Notes: a model not told the origin generated them from the letters alone. A stretch of DNA of 64,000 nucleotides from Anaerolineales bacterium (GCA_034434515.1 DAOTZA010000043.1:1999-65998); one strand, 5' to 3'. Positions 1 through 8,765 are shown, counted from the first letter of the stretch. Translations and numbers: made by a program.

Positions 1-2
1 TG

Positions 3-437
3 GATACCGCTTACTGGACAAACCGCGATCTGGCCTACCCTCGCTATGTTGAAAAAGCTGCCAAAATGGCGTATGAAATGGCAGGGATTAAGGAACCCCG
101 CAAAGAAATCCATATTGCTGAGCCCTATGACCCCTTTGACTACAAAGTCCTTCACCACCTTGAAGGTCTCCAATTGGCAGAGCGTGGCAAGTCAATCGAG
201 TTGTATCTCAACGGCGATGCCGAAAGAACGGGTAATCTACCCATTTGTCCTTCAGGTGGACTTTTAGGAGTTGGAAATCCAATTGCTGCAGCCGGCTTGA
301 TGAAAGTCGCCGAACTCTTCTGGCAATTGCGCGGCGAAGCTGGCCAACGCCAGGTGCCGGGCAATCCCAAGCGAGGTTTAGCACAAGCCTGGGGAGACTT
401 AATGCAAGTCGGCACTGTGATCATCCTTGGTCGATAA
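3..437 (+). CDS. Thiolase-family protein (SCP-x / nonspecific acyl-CoA C-acyltransferase type), C-terminal part; 5' end lies outside the window
   Basis: The frame is open from base 3 (DTAYWTNRDLAYPRYVEKAAKMAYEMAGI...). It has a thiolase C-terminal catalytic region (CPSGGLLGVGNPIAAAG) and is followed by DUF35 genes, the usual partners. Confidence 0.8.
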   Translation, partial: DTAYWTNRDLAYPRYVEKAAKMAYEMAGIKEPRKEIHIAEPYDPFDYKVLHHLEGLQLAERGKSIELYLNGDAERTGNLPICPSGGLLGVGNPIAAAGLMKVAELFWQLRGEAGQRQVPGNPKRGLAQAWGDLMQVGTVIILGR

Positions 438-451
438 CAAATAAAGGGAGT

Positions 452-961
452 ATGGCAATGCAAAAGAATCCTTACGTTAATCTAATATCGCTCACCGAAG
501 ATGACTTTAACAGTGGGCACGTGTTGTTTCGCCACGATGAGCTTAACGCTGTCTATGCCTGGGACACAGGTATTGCGATCGGACATTTTTTAGGGGGTTT
601 GAAGGCTGGCATTATCCTTGGTACATACTGCGCAAACTGTCGTAAAACAGTCACACCACCGCGAATCTTTTGTGAGTGGTGCTTCCGCCCGATGCAAGGG
701 TTTGTGCAGCTCTCAGACACCGGCATCGTCAATACTTTCTCGATTTGTTACGTCACCTGGGACGTAAAACGCATCAGTGAACCCGAAATCCCAGCCGTAA
801 TCGAGATCGATGGCGCATCGCCTGGACATGGATTTCTGCATAAACTTGGCGAAGTTTCTCCCGCAGAAGTACAAATTGGCATGAGAGTACAAGCTGTCTG
901 GAAGCCACCTGAAGAACGCTCTGGGAGTATCACAGATATTCTTTATTTCCGGAAAATATAG
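452..961 (+). CDS. DUF35 family Zn-ribbon/OB-fold protein (acyl-CoA-associated)
   Basis: ATG at 452 is preceded by AAAGGGAG. Zn-ribbon CANCRKTVTPPRIFCEWC is followed by an OB-fold-like C-terminus. The longer ORF-track start at 245 overlaps the thiolase and was rejected. Confidence 0.75.
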   Translation: MAMQKNPYVNLISLTEDDFNSGHVLFRHDELNAVYAWDTGIAIGHFLGGLKAGIILGTYCANCRKTVTPPRIFCEWCFRPMQGFVQLSDTGIVNTFSICYVTWDVKRISEPEIPAVIEIDGASPGHGFLHKLGEVSPAEVQIGMRVQAVWKPPEERSGSITDILYFRKI

Positions 962-970
962 GAGGCCTGG

Positions 971-1438
971 ATGTTTGCTACCTTCCCTTTTGCTTTTGAA
1001 ACCCCCTCTCAATGGCATGGTGAACTACCGGTAACCAGTCGCTACACGGCTGGCATTGCACTGGAGAAGTTTTTCCTGGCTCTCAGAGAAGAAGGAACAT
1101 TCCTCGGCGCGAATTGTCCGACTTGTTCGAAAACCTATGTTCCACTTACACTGTTCTGCCCTCAATGTTTAGCAGAATTGCAAGAGACGGTTAAGGTTGG
1201 ACTTCAGGGAGAAATCTACACCTATACGATCCTGTATAAAAATTTAGACGGTTCGCCGCTGGAAACTCCCCAAGTTGTCGCTTTTATTAAGATCGCCGAT
1301 GGTGGTATCATTCATCGAGTCGCAGGAATAGCCCCCGATCAGGTAACCATTGGCACACTTGTTGCAGCCGATTTAAAACCAAAAGAAGAGCGCACGGGTT
1401 CAATTTTCGATATTCGGGCATTTAAACCACTTGTTTAG
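971..1438 (+). CDS. DUF35 family Zn-ribbon/OB-fold protein, second tandem copy
   Basis: Zn-ribbon CPTCSKTYVPLTLFCPQC plus an OB-fold-like C-terminus. RBS GGAGG lies just upstream of the ATG at 971. Confidence 0.75.
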   Translation: MFATFPFAFETPSQWHGELPVTSRYTAGIALEKFFLALREEGTFLGANCPTCSKTYVPLTLFCPQCLAELQETVKVGLQGEIYTYTILYKNLDGSPLETPQVVAFIKIADGGIIHRVAGIAPDQVTIGTLVAADLKPKEERTGSIFDIRAFKPLV

Positions 1439-1491
1439 GAGTTCGAACAGGCAAGAAGCTACCCAAATTCTTATCCTAGTCCAAAAATGTC

Positions 1492-1519
1492 ATGGATAGG
1501 GACATAACTCCCTATCCAT
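1492..1519 (+). repeat. Perfect 11-bp inverted repeat (hairpin) between the DUF35 gene and the lipoprotein gene
   Basis: ATGGATAGGGA (1492-1502), loop CATAAC, TCCCTATCCAT (1509-1519). No clear T-run follows. Confidence 0.5.
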
Positions 1520-1558
1520 ATCTTCGATGTGGAAATGATCTTGATGATGCCTTCACCC

Positions 1559-4069
1559 ATGAACAAGAAAACCCCTTATTTTTGTCTCGTGTTCATCATA
1601 TCCATTCTCTTGTATGGTTGCACCTTGAAGGGTTTCGACCTCTCTCAGGTGATCCCTTCTACCCCGAATCTTCCATCGTTACCTTCTATCAGAAATCAAG
1701 AAAATCGCAACCTGGCTAAAGTAACCTTTCGAGTTCAAGTACCGGCCAATACGCCTGCTGACCAGGGGATCAACTTAAAGGTCATGGAAGAGATAACCGG
1801 CTTGGCTTTTTATCCTCAACGTTATCCCATGCAACCGGAAAGTCCGCAATTTTTTTCCTACCAAATGGAAGTTCCGTTAGGAAGTGTTTTGAAATATCGT
1901 TACGTGCGTTCCTCCTCCACTGCCGAAATCCAGGAGCATATCTCAGATGGACGCCAGGTACGCTACCGCATGGTTCATGTGACCGGTGACATTACTGTTG
2001 AGGACGTCGTCGGTCGCTGGACAGATACCCCATTTGTTGGAACTACCGGGCGAATTAGTGGCATAGTCTTAAGCGCCGCCGATCAACAACCGCTCCCAAA
2101 CATCTTGATTGCTTGTGCAGGTGTTCAAACCCTAACATCGTCCGATGGTTCGTTTTTAATCGAGGGTTTACTTCCCGGCATTCATAACCTGGTCGCCTAT
2201 TCTCTCGATGGACAGTATCAGTCCTTTCAACAAGGGGCAAGAGTGGCAGCCGATTCGACAACGCCGGCAACCATTCAAATGCAACCAGCCAAACTGGTCG
2301 GAGTCGTCTTTACGGTGAAGGCACCTCCAAATACGATCCCTGCCGTACCGCTTCGATTGGCCGGCAACCTCTACCAACTTGGCAATACTTTTGCTGATTT
2401 GCGAGGAGGGGTGAGCACCATTGCCTCTCGTATGCCTGCCTTATCGCTGCTTCCCGATGGTCGCTATTCTCTAACCATAGCTCTGCCTGCTGGAGCAGAT
2501 ATTCATTACCTTTATACGCTTGGCGATGGTCTCTGGAACACTGAAATTGACGAAAACGGCGTGCCAGTCGTCCGCCAATTTATTGTGCCAGAAGAAGACA
2601 CGTTGATTGAAGATACCATTTCAAACTGGACGATGAAAAACTCAGCGCCTATCTCATTTGACATCACCATTCCCGAAGATACCCCAAATGTCGATTTTGT
2701 GTCCATTCAACTTAAGCCGGTCTATGGTTGGACAGAACCGATTCCCATGTGGAAGCTGGGGAATAAACGCTGGGGCTTCATCCTAAATAGTCCCCTGATG
2801 TTTGTTGAGCGACTCCACTATCGCTTCTGCCGTAACGACCAATGCGGCATCGCCGATTCGATTGAAACAAAAGGCATCGAGAATAGCGGTTTACCGATTT
2901 CTTCCAGCTTATTCTCTCAATCGATCAAAGAATCTGTGCCAGCCTGGGCATGGCTAGATCGCTCTCAGCAGCCTCAGGAGATTGCCACGGCTGAGGTTCA
3001 AGGGCGCGAAAACGGCTTTTTAGCCGCCATAGAGTTTCAACCCATCTACCACCCCTCTTATAACGCCCATTACGCCTATCTCCTGGATGAGGTGCAACAG
3101 CTCAATGCCAATTGGCTCATCCTCACCCCAACCTGGACCTATACGCGCCTGACACCCCCGACCTTTGAGTTAGTGCCCGGGAATGACCCGTTATGGTTCG
3201 ATATGCTTCCCTGGATTCGCCAAACCACCGAGCGTGGTTTGAATGTCGCCATTTTCCCCCAACCGCGCTTCTTGAATGAGCAGTCCGAATGGTGGCTAGC
3301 AGCTACCCGAGATTTTCCCTGGTGGCAGGTGTGGTTTGAACGCTATCGGAATTTTGCTATTTATCACGCCGACCTTGCTTCAAAATCCAACGCTAACGCC
3401 CTGATCTTAGGTGGCGAGTGGTTAACCCCGGCATACCCCAACGGCATCCTTTCGGATGGTTCACCCTCCCTGGTCCCCGGGGACGCCGAAATGCGGTGGC
3501 GGTACCTGATCCAGGAACTGCGCAGCCATTTTAATGGGCCAATTATCTGGGCGCTCACCGTTCGGCAAGCGGAACAATCTCCGCCGGCTTTTTTAGATTC
3601 TGTGGATGCGATTTATCTTCTTTGGTCTGAGCCTTTGACGGAAGTTGGGAACCCCTCCCCAACCCTGGAAGACATGACCAAAGTGGCTGAAAATCACCTG
3701 GATTCGGTGGGAGGTTCTCTGCAAGGAAAATACAGAAGAGCAATCTTTTTAGGCGTTTCCTATCCATCATCTCCCGGTGCTTTCTATGGTTGCAGCATTG
3801 CACCGGCAAGTCATTGTACAACCTGGGAGGAACTTGCCCAACCTGTCACCGCAACCGTGGATCCTGATATTGACCTACAAGCCCAGGTAACCGCTTATAA
3901 TGTCATGTTAAATGTCATCAATAGGCGTAGTTGGGTGAGCGGCTTTGTCTCCCGTGGATTTTATCCTCCAGCAGCCCTGTTAGATGCCTCGACATCTATT
4001 CATGGAAAACCTGCCTCTGCCTTACTCAGCTATTGGTACGAGCGCATTCTATTTGAAGAAGAGGAATAA
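1559..4069 (+). CDS. Large secreted lipoprotein of unknown function, with a carboxypeptidase-regulatory-like beta-sandwich region and a C-terminal region that may be glycoside-hydrolase-like
   Basis: Lipoprotein signal MNKKTPYFCLVFIISILLYGC (lipobox LYGC). The SGIVLSAADQQPLPNILIACAGVQTLTSSDGSFLIEGLLPG segment resembles CarboxypepD_reg repeats. The Trp-rich C-terminal half is unassigned. The start choice (1559 versus GTG at 1529) is uncertain. Confidence 0.55.
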   Translation: MNKKTPYFCLVFIISILLYGCTLKGFDLSQVIPSTPNLPSLPSIRNQENRNLAKVTFRVQVPANTPADQGINLKVMEEITGLAFYPQRYPMQPESPQFFSYQMEVPLGSVLKYRYVRSSSTAEIQEHISDGRQVRYRMVHVTGDITVEDVVGRWTDTPFVGTTGRISGIVLSAADQQPLPNILIACAGVQTLTSSDGSFLIEGLLPGIHNLVAYSLDGQYQSFQQGARVAADSTTPATIQMQPAKLVGVVFTVKAPPNTIPAVPLRLAGNLYQLGNTFADLRGGVSTIASRMPALSLLPDGRYSLTIALPAGADIHYLYTLGDGLWNTEIDENGVPVVRQFIVPEEDTLIEDTISNWTMKNSAPISFDITIPEDTPNVDFVSIQLKPVYGWTEPIPMWKLGNKRWGFILNSPLMFVERLHYRFCRNDQCGIADSIETKGIENSGLPISSSLFSQSIKESVPAWAWLDRSQQPQEIATAEVQGRENGFLAAIEFQPIYHPSYNAHYAYLLDEVQQLNANWLILTPTWTYTRLTPPTFELVPGNDPLWFDMLPWIRQTTERGLNVAIFPQPRFLNEQSEWWLAATRDFPWWQVWFERYRNFAIYHADLASKSNANALILGGEWLTPAYPNGILSDGSPSLVPGDAEMRWRYLIQELRSHFNGPIIWALTVRQAEQSPPAFLDSVDAIYLLWSEPLTEVGNPSPTLEDMTKVAENHLDSVGGSLQGKYRRAIFLGVSYPSSPGAFYGCSIAPASHCTTWEELAQPVTATVDPDIDLQAQVTAYNVMLNVINRRSWVSGFVSRGFYPPAALLDASTSIHGKPASALLSYWYERILFEEEE

Positions 4070-4102
4070 ACGGAAAGCCCCGGAAGTAGGGGCTTTCCGT
4101 TT
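4068..4102. terminator. Bidirectional intrinsic terminator hairpin between convergent genes
   Basis: AAACGGAAAGCCCC (4068-4081), loop GGAAGTA, GGGGCTTTCCGTTT (4089-4102) form a 14-bp perfect stem flanked by A/T runs. It overlaps both stop codons. Confidence 0.6.
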
Positions 4103-4367
4103 ATCCACCTGCAATAGCAGGAATTAAGTGGATGACATCCCCATCTTTGGGCTGGTAATCTAACTCTACATTCTGGCGATTGACCACAATCAACGTTTGC
4201 TCTGGGTCAATCGCTAATCCTAGAGCCATCAACGCCTCTTCGATCGTCTGTCCCCGTTGCATTTGATATTGCAATGTGGTCACGCGGCCATTGGGAGTCT
4301 CAATCTGTAAGACAGTATGCAATTGAAAAGTCACCTCTAGTTTATTCACTTTCCAAAATCGACTCAA
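4101..4367 (-). CDS. MoaD/ThiS-family ubiquitin-like sulfur-carrier protein
   Basis: About 85 aa, ending ...HLIPAIAGG (C-terminal Gly-Gly). It overlaps the stop of the upstream AOR gene by 4 nt. The start is uncertain (TTG at 4367 or GTG at 4349). Confidence 0.65.
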   Translation of the reverse strand: MSRFWKVNKLEVTFQLHTVLQIETPNGRVTTLQYQMQRGQTIEEALMALGLAIDPEQTLIVVNRQNVELDYQPKDGDVIHLIPAIAGG

Positions 4368-6067
4368 AGCTGATCAAAAATATGATCCAGATCTTCCTCA
4401 GGCACATCAAAAACAGAATTGTTCGGCGGCAAGGGTTCATATTTCATAAACTCGGGCAGTCGGTCATCTGCAGCGGTAAATCCTGCTCGTCGGTTGAACT
4501 CTCGCTCTAACTTAATTGCCATCTTTCCCAACACTTGCAGGAAGTTTTCTGCCACGCCCCATCCGTACCGAGCTTCAATTAATTGCTTTATCGTCTCTGG
4601 GACACCCGCAAATCCATTGCCGGCGAAAACACAGGCACCAAGGGAGTCGTAACCCGCCATATTGATCTGGACGGTTTTCGAGACCTCAGCCTGCACCTTC
4701 GGATCGAGGTGGTCAATCTTTGCCCGAATGGTCAACCCCGCGGTATGATCCGCACCCTGGGGTGAAGTTGCGTACGTGACTCCGGTGCCCTTAATTGCCC
4801 GTGGTTCATAGGCGCTCATCGCCTGCCCTTTAACCACCGGCACTCGGCGGACATTAAATGCCCTGCCCGTAACCGCTGCGCCATTTCCTAACACCCTGCC
4901 TAATACTGTCCCCTGGCGAATTTCCTGAATTAGCTCCATAGCTCGATTGCTATCCCCAAATTCCATCAAGCCAGCTTCGGCTGCCACTCCCAAGGCAGCT
5001 CCGATGTCAATTGTATCCAAACCCAGATCGTTGATCTCGTAATTCATCCGAGCGATCATATCTAGATTGTCGATCCCAAGATTAGGGCCTAACAAACCAA
5101 CCGTTTCATATTCCAAAGGCGAAACGATGGATTTACCATTCTCATCCGCATAAACATTGGAACATCGGATAGTGCAGCCTGGCATACAGGCATGGGTAGT
5201 TTCGGCTTCGCCACCGCGTTGCAGAAGGAGCTCGCGCATCGTTTCGCCGCGGATCCGCTCCAATCCCTCGAAATGTCCGGCCGAAAAGTTGCGAGTTGGC
5301 ATTCCTCCAAATCCATCCGACATGCCAGGCATGGCATTCGTGCCGTAATCGGCATAAATTTTCGTCTGGGGGTGTTCCATCAAGGATTTTGTAAATCGCT
5401 TTTGAGCGGTCTTAAAGCTCTCCAAATCCTTAATTTCGGGTTTAACGCCATCTTTAGCATCAATTACAATCGCTTTGATTTGCTTAGAACCCATCACTGC
5501 GCCTAATCCTCCTCTGGCGGCAATGCGGGATGGCACTCGATCCTTATCAAGGTTTTGGATACCGGCTGCCAATTGTCGGCGCTCTCCGGCAGGGCCAATC
5601 AGCGCAATCGCGACATCTTTGCCATACCGTTCTAGTAACTTCTCGGCTGTAGCATACACTCCCAATCCAACCAGATCCTGCGCCGGTTCAAATTTCACCC
5701 CGTCCTTACTTAGGTAGAGAACCCACCAGCGGTCATCTTGCGGCACGTTTTCTAACAACAAGGTTTTGATTCCTAAATAAACCAGCTTCAAACCCGTTGT
5801 CCCTCCAGCATTCGATTCTTTTACGCCCCCTGTCAGAGGGCTTTTTCCTCCGAACGAGATGCGATCACAACTGGAAAGCATATGACCGACGAGCAAACCC
5901 GGTGCGAGTATCAGTTTATTAAAGGGGCCTAAAGGGTCACACAGCGGATTGACCTCATCCAACAGCGCGCGGGCGATCAACGCCCTTCCGCCTAACTGCT
6001 CCCACGTGGAAGGAACTTCTTCCCTGGCAAATGTCTGCTTTGTCGTATCAATTCTCCAAACATTCAT
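4364..6067 (-). CDS. Aldehyde:ferredoxin oxidoreductase family protein (tungsten/molybdopterin, AOR paralogue 1, 567 aa)
   Basis: AOR N-terminus (KLILAPGLLVG...GGKSPLTGG) and pterin motif DLGLDTIDIG. Cys cluster ACMPGCTIRC plus the distal Cys in LGACVFAG. RBS GGAGG precedes the ATG. Confidence 0.85.
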   Translation of the reverse strand: MNVWRIDTTKQTFAREEVPSTWEQLGGRALIARALLDEVNPLCDPLGPFNKLILAPGLLVGHMLSSCDRISFGGKSPLTGGVKESNAGGTTGLKLVYLGIKTLLLENVPQDDRWWVLYLSKDGVKFEPAQDLVGLGVYATAEKLLERYGKDVAIALIGPAGERRQLAAGIQNLDKDRVPSRIAARGGLGAVMGSKQIKAIVIDAKDGVKPEIKDLESFKTAQKRFTKSLMEHPQTKIYADYGTNAMPGMSDGFGGMPTRNFSAGHFEGLERIRGETMRELLLQRGGEAETTHACMPGCTIRCSNVYADENGKSIVSPLEYETVGLLGPNLGIDNLDMIARMNYEINDLGLDTIDIGAALGVAAEAGLMEFGDSNRAMELIQEIRQGTVLGRVLGNGAAVTGRAFNVRRVPVVKGQAMSAYEPRAIKGTGVTYATSPQGADHTAGLTIRAKIDHLDPKVQAEVSKTVQINMAGYDSLGACVFAGNGFAGVPETIKQLIEARYGWGVAENFLQVLGKMAIKLEREFNRRAGFTAADDRLPEFMKYEPLPPNNSVFDVPEEDLDHIFDQL

Positions 6068-6102
6068 TGAAAACCTCCGTGTTCTATTCTTAACTCAATA
6101 TT

Positions 6103-7362
6103 TTATCCCGAAAGTTTTGCTATGATAGAAGTCGCTTCAGGTAAAACAATCACCTTTGCATCTTTACCTAAGATGTCCAAAGCATGGTCAACAGCTTCTT
6201 GGACCGTTAAGAACGGTTGCCACCGGATTTGACGCACTATGCTGTCGTCAAAAGAAGAAACGCAAAAAATCCTTGCTTTCTGCTCAATCAGCGCTATGGC
6301 GGCCGCAATATGGCCTCCTTGCACAAATTTTTCCTGGATTCTCCGAATCGCCTCTTCTGGGGTTGGAATTTCCATCATCCATTGTTCCAGCACCGCGTTG
6401 CCAAAACCTTCCGTACATTCTGCAACCAGAATGATGATGCCGTTGTCGCAAACAAAATCCTTGGCAGATTGCAAAGCTTTGTTGGACTGTAATAAATTGA
6501 TATCTTTTGGATAACCTCCAGGACTGGCAATGACAATATTAGCCCGCCGGGAAATTTCGATGGCGCCGCGTTCGATCACAGCCCGACATCCAGCCCGATG
6601 AGCTTCGATCACATCCCCGGCAAATGCCGCTACAATGCGATGTTGGTGATCGACAATCACATTCAGAATAAAATCCACCCCCAACATCGCAACCCCTTCT
6701 TCCAAATCCTCCCGCACAGGGTTACCTTCAATCCTCATCGCCGCAGCTTCTGGAGAAACCATCCAGCGATGATTGGCATAAATGGTTTCTCGCGATGCAC
6801 AGCCAGGCAAAATTGCTTTTGCACCTCCTGAAAAGCCTGCAAAATAATGAAATTCGATGTTACCCAAACAAATACGCACATCGGCTTCGACAAGTGGACG
6901 GAAGATTTCAACCCTTGTGCCCCGGCTGGTTATCCCCAACGTTACAACATCGTCTGGATCATGGTTTATTGCCCGAATGCGTTGGAATATTTTTGGAGAA
7001 ATCGCCTTTTGCATCTCCTCTTCGCTCATTGGGCGATGAATTCCTAAGGCAAATACGACAAAGATATCTTCATCAGGTATTCCGGCAGCCTCCAATTCAC
7101 CAATCACAAAAGGCAACATTTTGTCTGAAGGCGTGGGTCTGGTTAAGTCACTGGTAACAATGGCAATATTTTGACCACGGCGAACAATCTCCCGTAAACG
7201 TGGGCTTCCAATTGGATTTTCCATTGCCTGCCGAAGCGTCTGGGTCTCATTAATTTCATCAACGATCGACTTGGGATAATAAATCCCCAGCAAATTTTGA
7301 CGCGGGATTTCCAGGCGGATTATTTCTCTGCCATACGGAAGCCAGACTTCTTCTCGTTCCAT
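6103..7362 (-). CDS. LarA-family nickel-pincer-cofactor-dependent 2-hydroxyacid racemase/epimerase homologue
   Basis: Motifs as I recall them from lactate racemase: SDLTRPTPS, GIHRPM, EFHYFAGFSGGAKAILPG (His plus tethering Lys), ANH. Length is 419 aa. Confidence 0.75.
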   Translation of the reverse strand: MEREEVWLPYGREIIRLEIPRQNLLGIYYPKSIVDEINETQTLRQAMENPIGSPRLREIVRRGQNIAIVTSDLTRPTPSDKMLPFVIGELEAAGIPDEDIFVVFALGIHRPMSEEEMQKAISPKIFQRIRAINHDPDDVVTLGITSRGTRVEIFRPLVEADVRICLGNIEFHYFAGFSGGAKAILPGCASRETIYANHRWMVSPEAAAMRIEGNPVREDLEEGVAMLGVDFILNVIVDHQHRIVAAFAGDVIEAHRAGCRAVIERGAIEISRRANIVIASPGGYPKDINLLQSNKALQSAKDFVCDNGIIILVAECTEGFGNAVLEQWMMEIPTPEEAIRRIQEKFVQGGHIAAAIALIEQKARIFCVSSFDDSIVRQIRWQPFLTVQEAVDHALDILGKDAKVIVLPEATSIIAKLSG

Positions 7363-7388
7363 CTCGTTTCAAGCTAGCATCTTCAGCA

Positions 7389-7426
7389 TACTGCCTTCTT
7401 TCCTCGGGATGGGAAAGAAGGCAGTA
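7389..7426 (-). repeat. 15-bp perfect hairpin in the 99-nt spacer between the gabT-like and larA-like genes
   Basis: TACTGCCTTCTTTCC (7389-7403), 8-nt loop, GGAAAGAAGGCAGTA (7412-7426). No U-run on either strand. CTCGTTT and AAACGAG flank it and could pair. Confidence 0.6.
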
Positions 7427-7461
7427 CGATTATAAACGAGCTAAACCTTTTTCATCATCGA

Positions 7462-8745
7462 TTACGAAAATTTAGGTATTACTTCTCTTAACGAATCGTG
7501 GAAAATTGAAAGTGCCAGGTCGATTTCTTCCTTTGACACAATCAATGGAGGTATCCAACGGATTGTATTGTCCCAGGTACCACAGGTCAAGAGCATTAAT
7601 TTTTTATCTAAGCAGGCATGCACAACATCTTTGGCAGTTTTCTTATCCGGTTTGCGATCCGAGGTTCGAAATTCAGAGCCGATCATTAAGCCGAGTCCGC
7701 GAACATCACCAATGACCGGGAACTCCTCCTGAAGATGTTGCAAGCCTCGTTTCAGTTGCGCGCCGCGTTCGACTGCGTTTTCGAGCATCTTTTCGCTCTT
7801 CATTGCTCGAATGGTTGCAACAGCCGCAGCCGCCGCCACGGCATTGCCTCCGTACGTTCCACCATGAGAGCCTGGTACCCATTTCTCCATCAGTTCTTTA
7901 CGACTGAAGACACCCGCCAATGGCATCCCGGAAGCCAAACCCTTTGCCACGGTCATAATGTCGGGAACAATATCAAAATGTTGAAAAGAGAACCATTTTC
8001 CGGTACGACCAAAACCCGCTTGGACTTCATCACAGATGAGCAAAATTCCATGCTGATCACAGATTTTGCGCAATCCCTGCATAAAACTCCTGGGCGGAAC
8101 GACATACCCTCCTTCGCCCAGGACAGGTTCGATCAAGATGGCAGCCGTTTCCTCAGGAGCCGTCTGACTGAGCAGCAGAAACTCTAACTCCTCAAGACAC
8201 CAGCGGCTGGTTGTTTCTTCATCCCATCCATAGCGATAGGCATAGGGGTAAGGAGCAACAAAAACACCCGCCATCAAGGGTTGATAGCCGACCCGATAAA
8301 TCGTCTTCGAAGCGGTTAAGGACATCGTTGCAATGGTGCGGCCATGAAAGCTACCTTGAAAAACGATGATGTTTGTTCGCTTGGTTGCGTGTCGGGCAAG
8401 CTTAATCGCCCCCTCAATCGCTTCGGCGCCTGAGTTTGTGAAGAAGAAACAATCGATTTGCTCTGGGACAATCGTCTGTAGCTCGTCAATTAACTCGATG
8501 ATAGGCTTGTGCTTCACCAGGTTCATTTGAGCATGGATGAACCTGGCGGCTTGTTCTTGTATCGCTTTAACAACCGCGGGATGGCAGTGTCCCGTGTTGG
8601 TGACTCCAATCCCGCAAGTGAAATCCAGGTATTTTTCTCCACTGATGTCATACACCCAACAACCTTCCGCCTTCTCCGAGACAATGTGGGTATAAGGCAT
8701 CCAGACGGGTGATAGATGGCTCAGGGTTTCTTCGTATCTATTCAT
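7462..8745 (-). CDS. gabT: Class-III PLP aminotransferase, 4-aminobutyrate aminotransferase-like
   Basis: Start at ATG 8745 with RBS AAGGAG; the ORF-track start at 8793 overlaps the upstream gene. Similar to GabT along its whole length (TNTGHCHP, FHGRT, EPVLGEGG, DEVQAGFGRTGK, GGTYGGN, GDVRGLGLM). Confidence 0.75.
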   Translation of the reverse strand: MNRYEETLSHLSPVWMPYTHIVSEKAEGCWVYDISGEKYLDFTCGIGVTNTGHCHPAVVKAIQEQAARFIHAQMNLVKHKPIIELIDELQTIVPEQIDCFFFTNSGAEAIEGAIKLARHATKRTNIIVFQGSFHGRTIATMSLTASKTIYRVGYQPLMAGVFVAPYPYAYRYGWDEETTSRWCLEELEFLLLSQTAPEETAAILIEPVLGEGGYVVPPRSFMQGLRKICDQHGILLICDEVQAGFGRTGKWFSFQHFDIVPDIMTVAKGLASGMPLAGVFSRKELMEKWVPGSHGGTYGGNAVAAAAAVATIRAMKSEKMLENAVERGAQLKRGLQHLQEEFPVIGDVRGLGLMIGSEFRTSDRKPDKKTAKDVVHACLDKKLMLLTCGTWDNTIRWIPPLIVSKEEIDLALSIFHDSLREVIPKFS

Positions 8746-8765
8746 TGATGTCTCCTTTTGTTTTG

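Noticed and set aside
245-451. The long N-terminal extension of ORF 245-961 in the ORF track, which overlaps the thiolase gene in another frame.
   Set aside because: The extension is Arg/Ser-rich and out of character. An internal ATG at 452 has a good RBS (AAAGGGAG) and yields a normal-length DUF35 protein.
7389-7426. Calling the intra-operon hairpins (this one and 13607-13659) rho-independent terminators.
   Set aside because: Neither is followed by a U-run on the transcribed strand. They are reported only as inverted repeats of unknown function.
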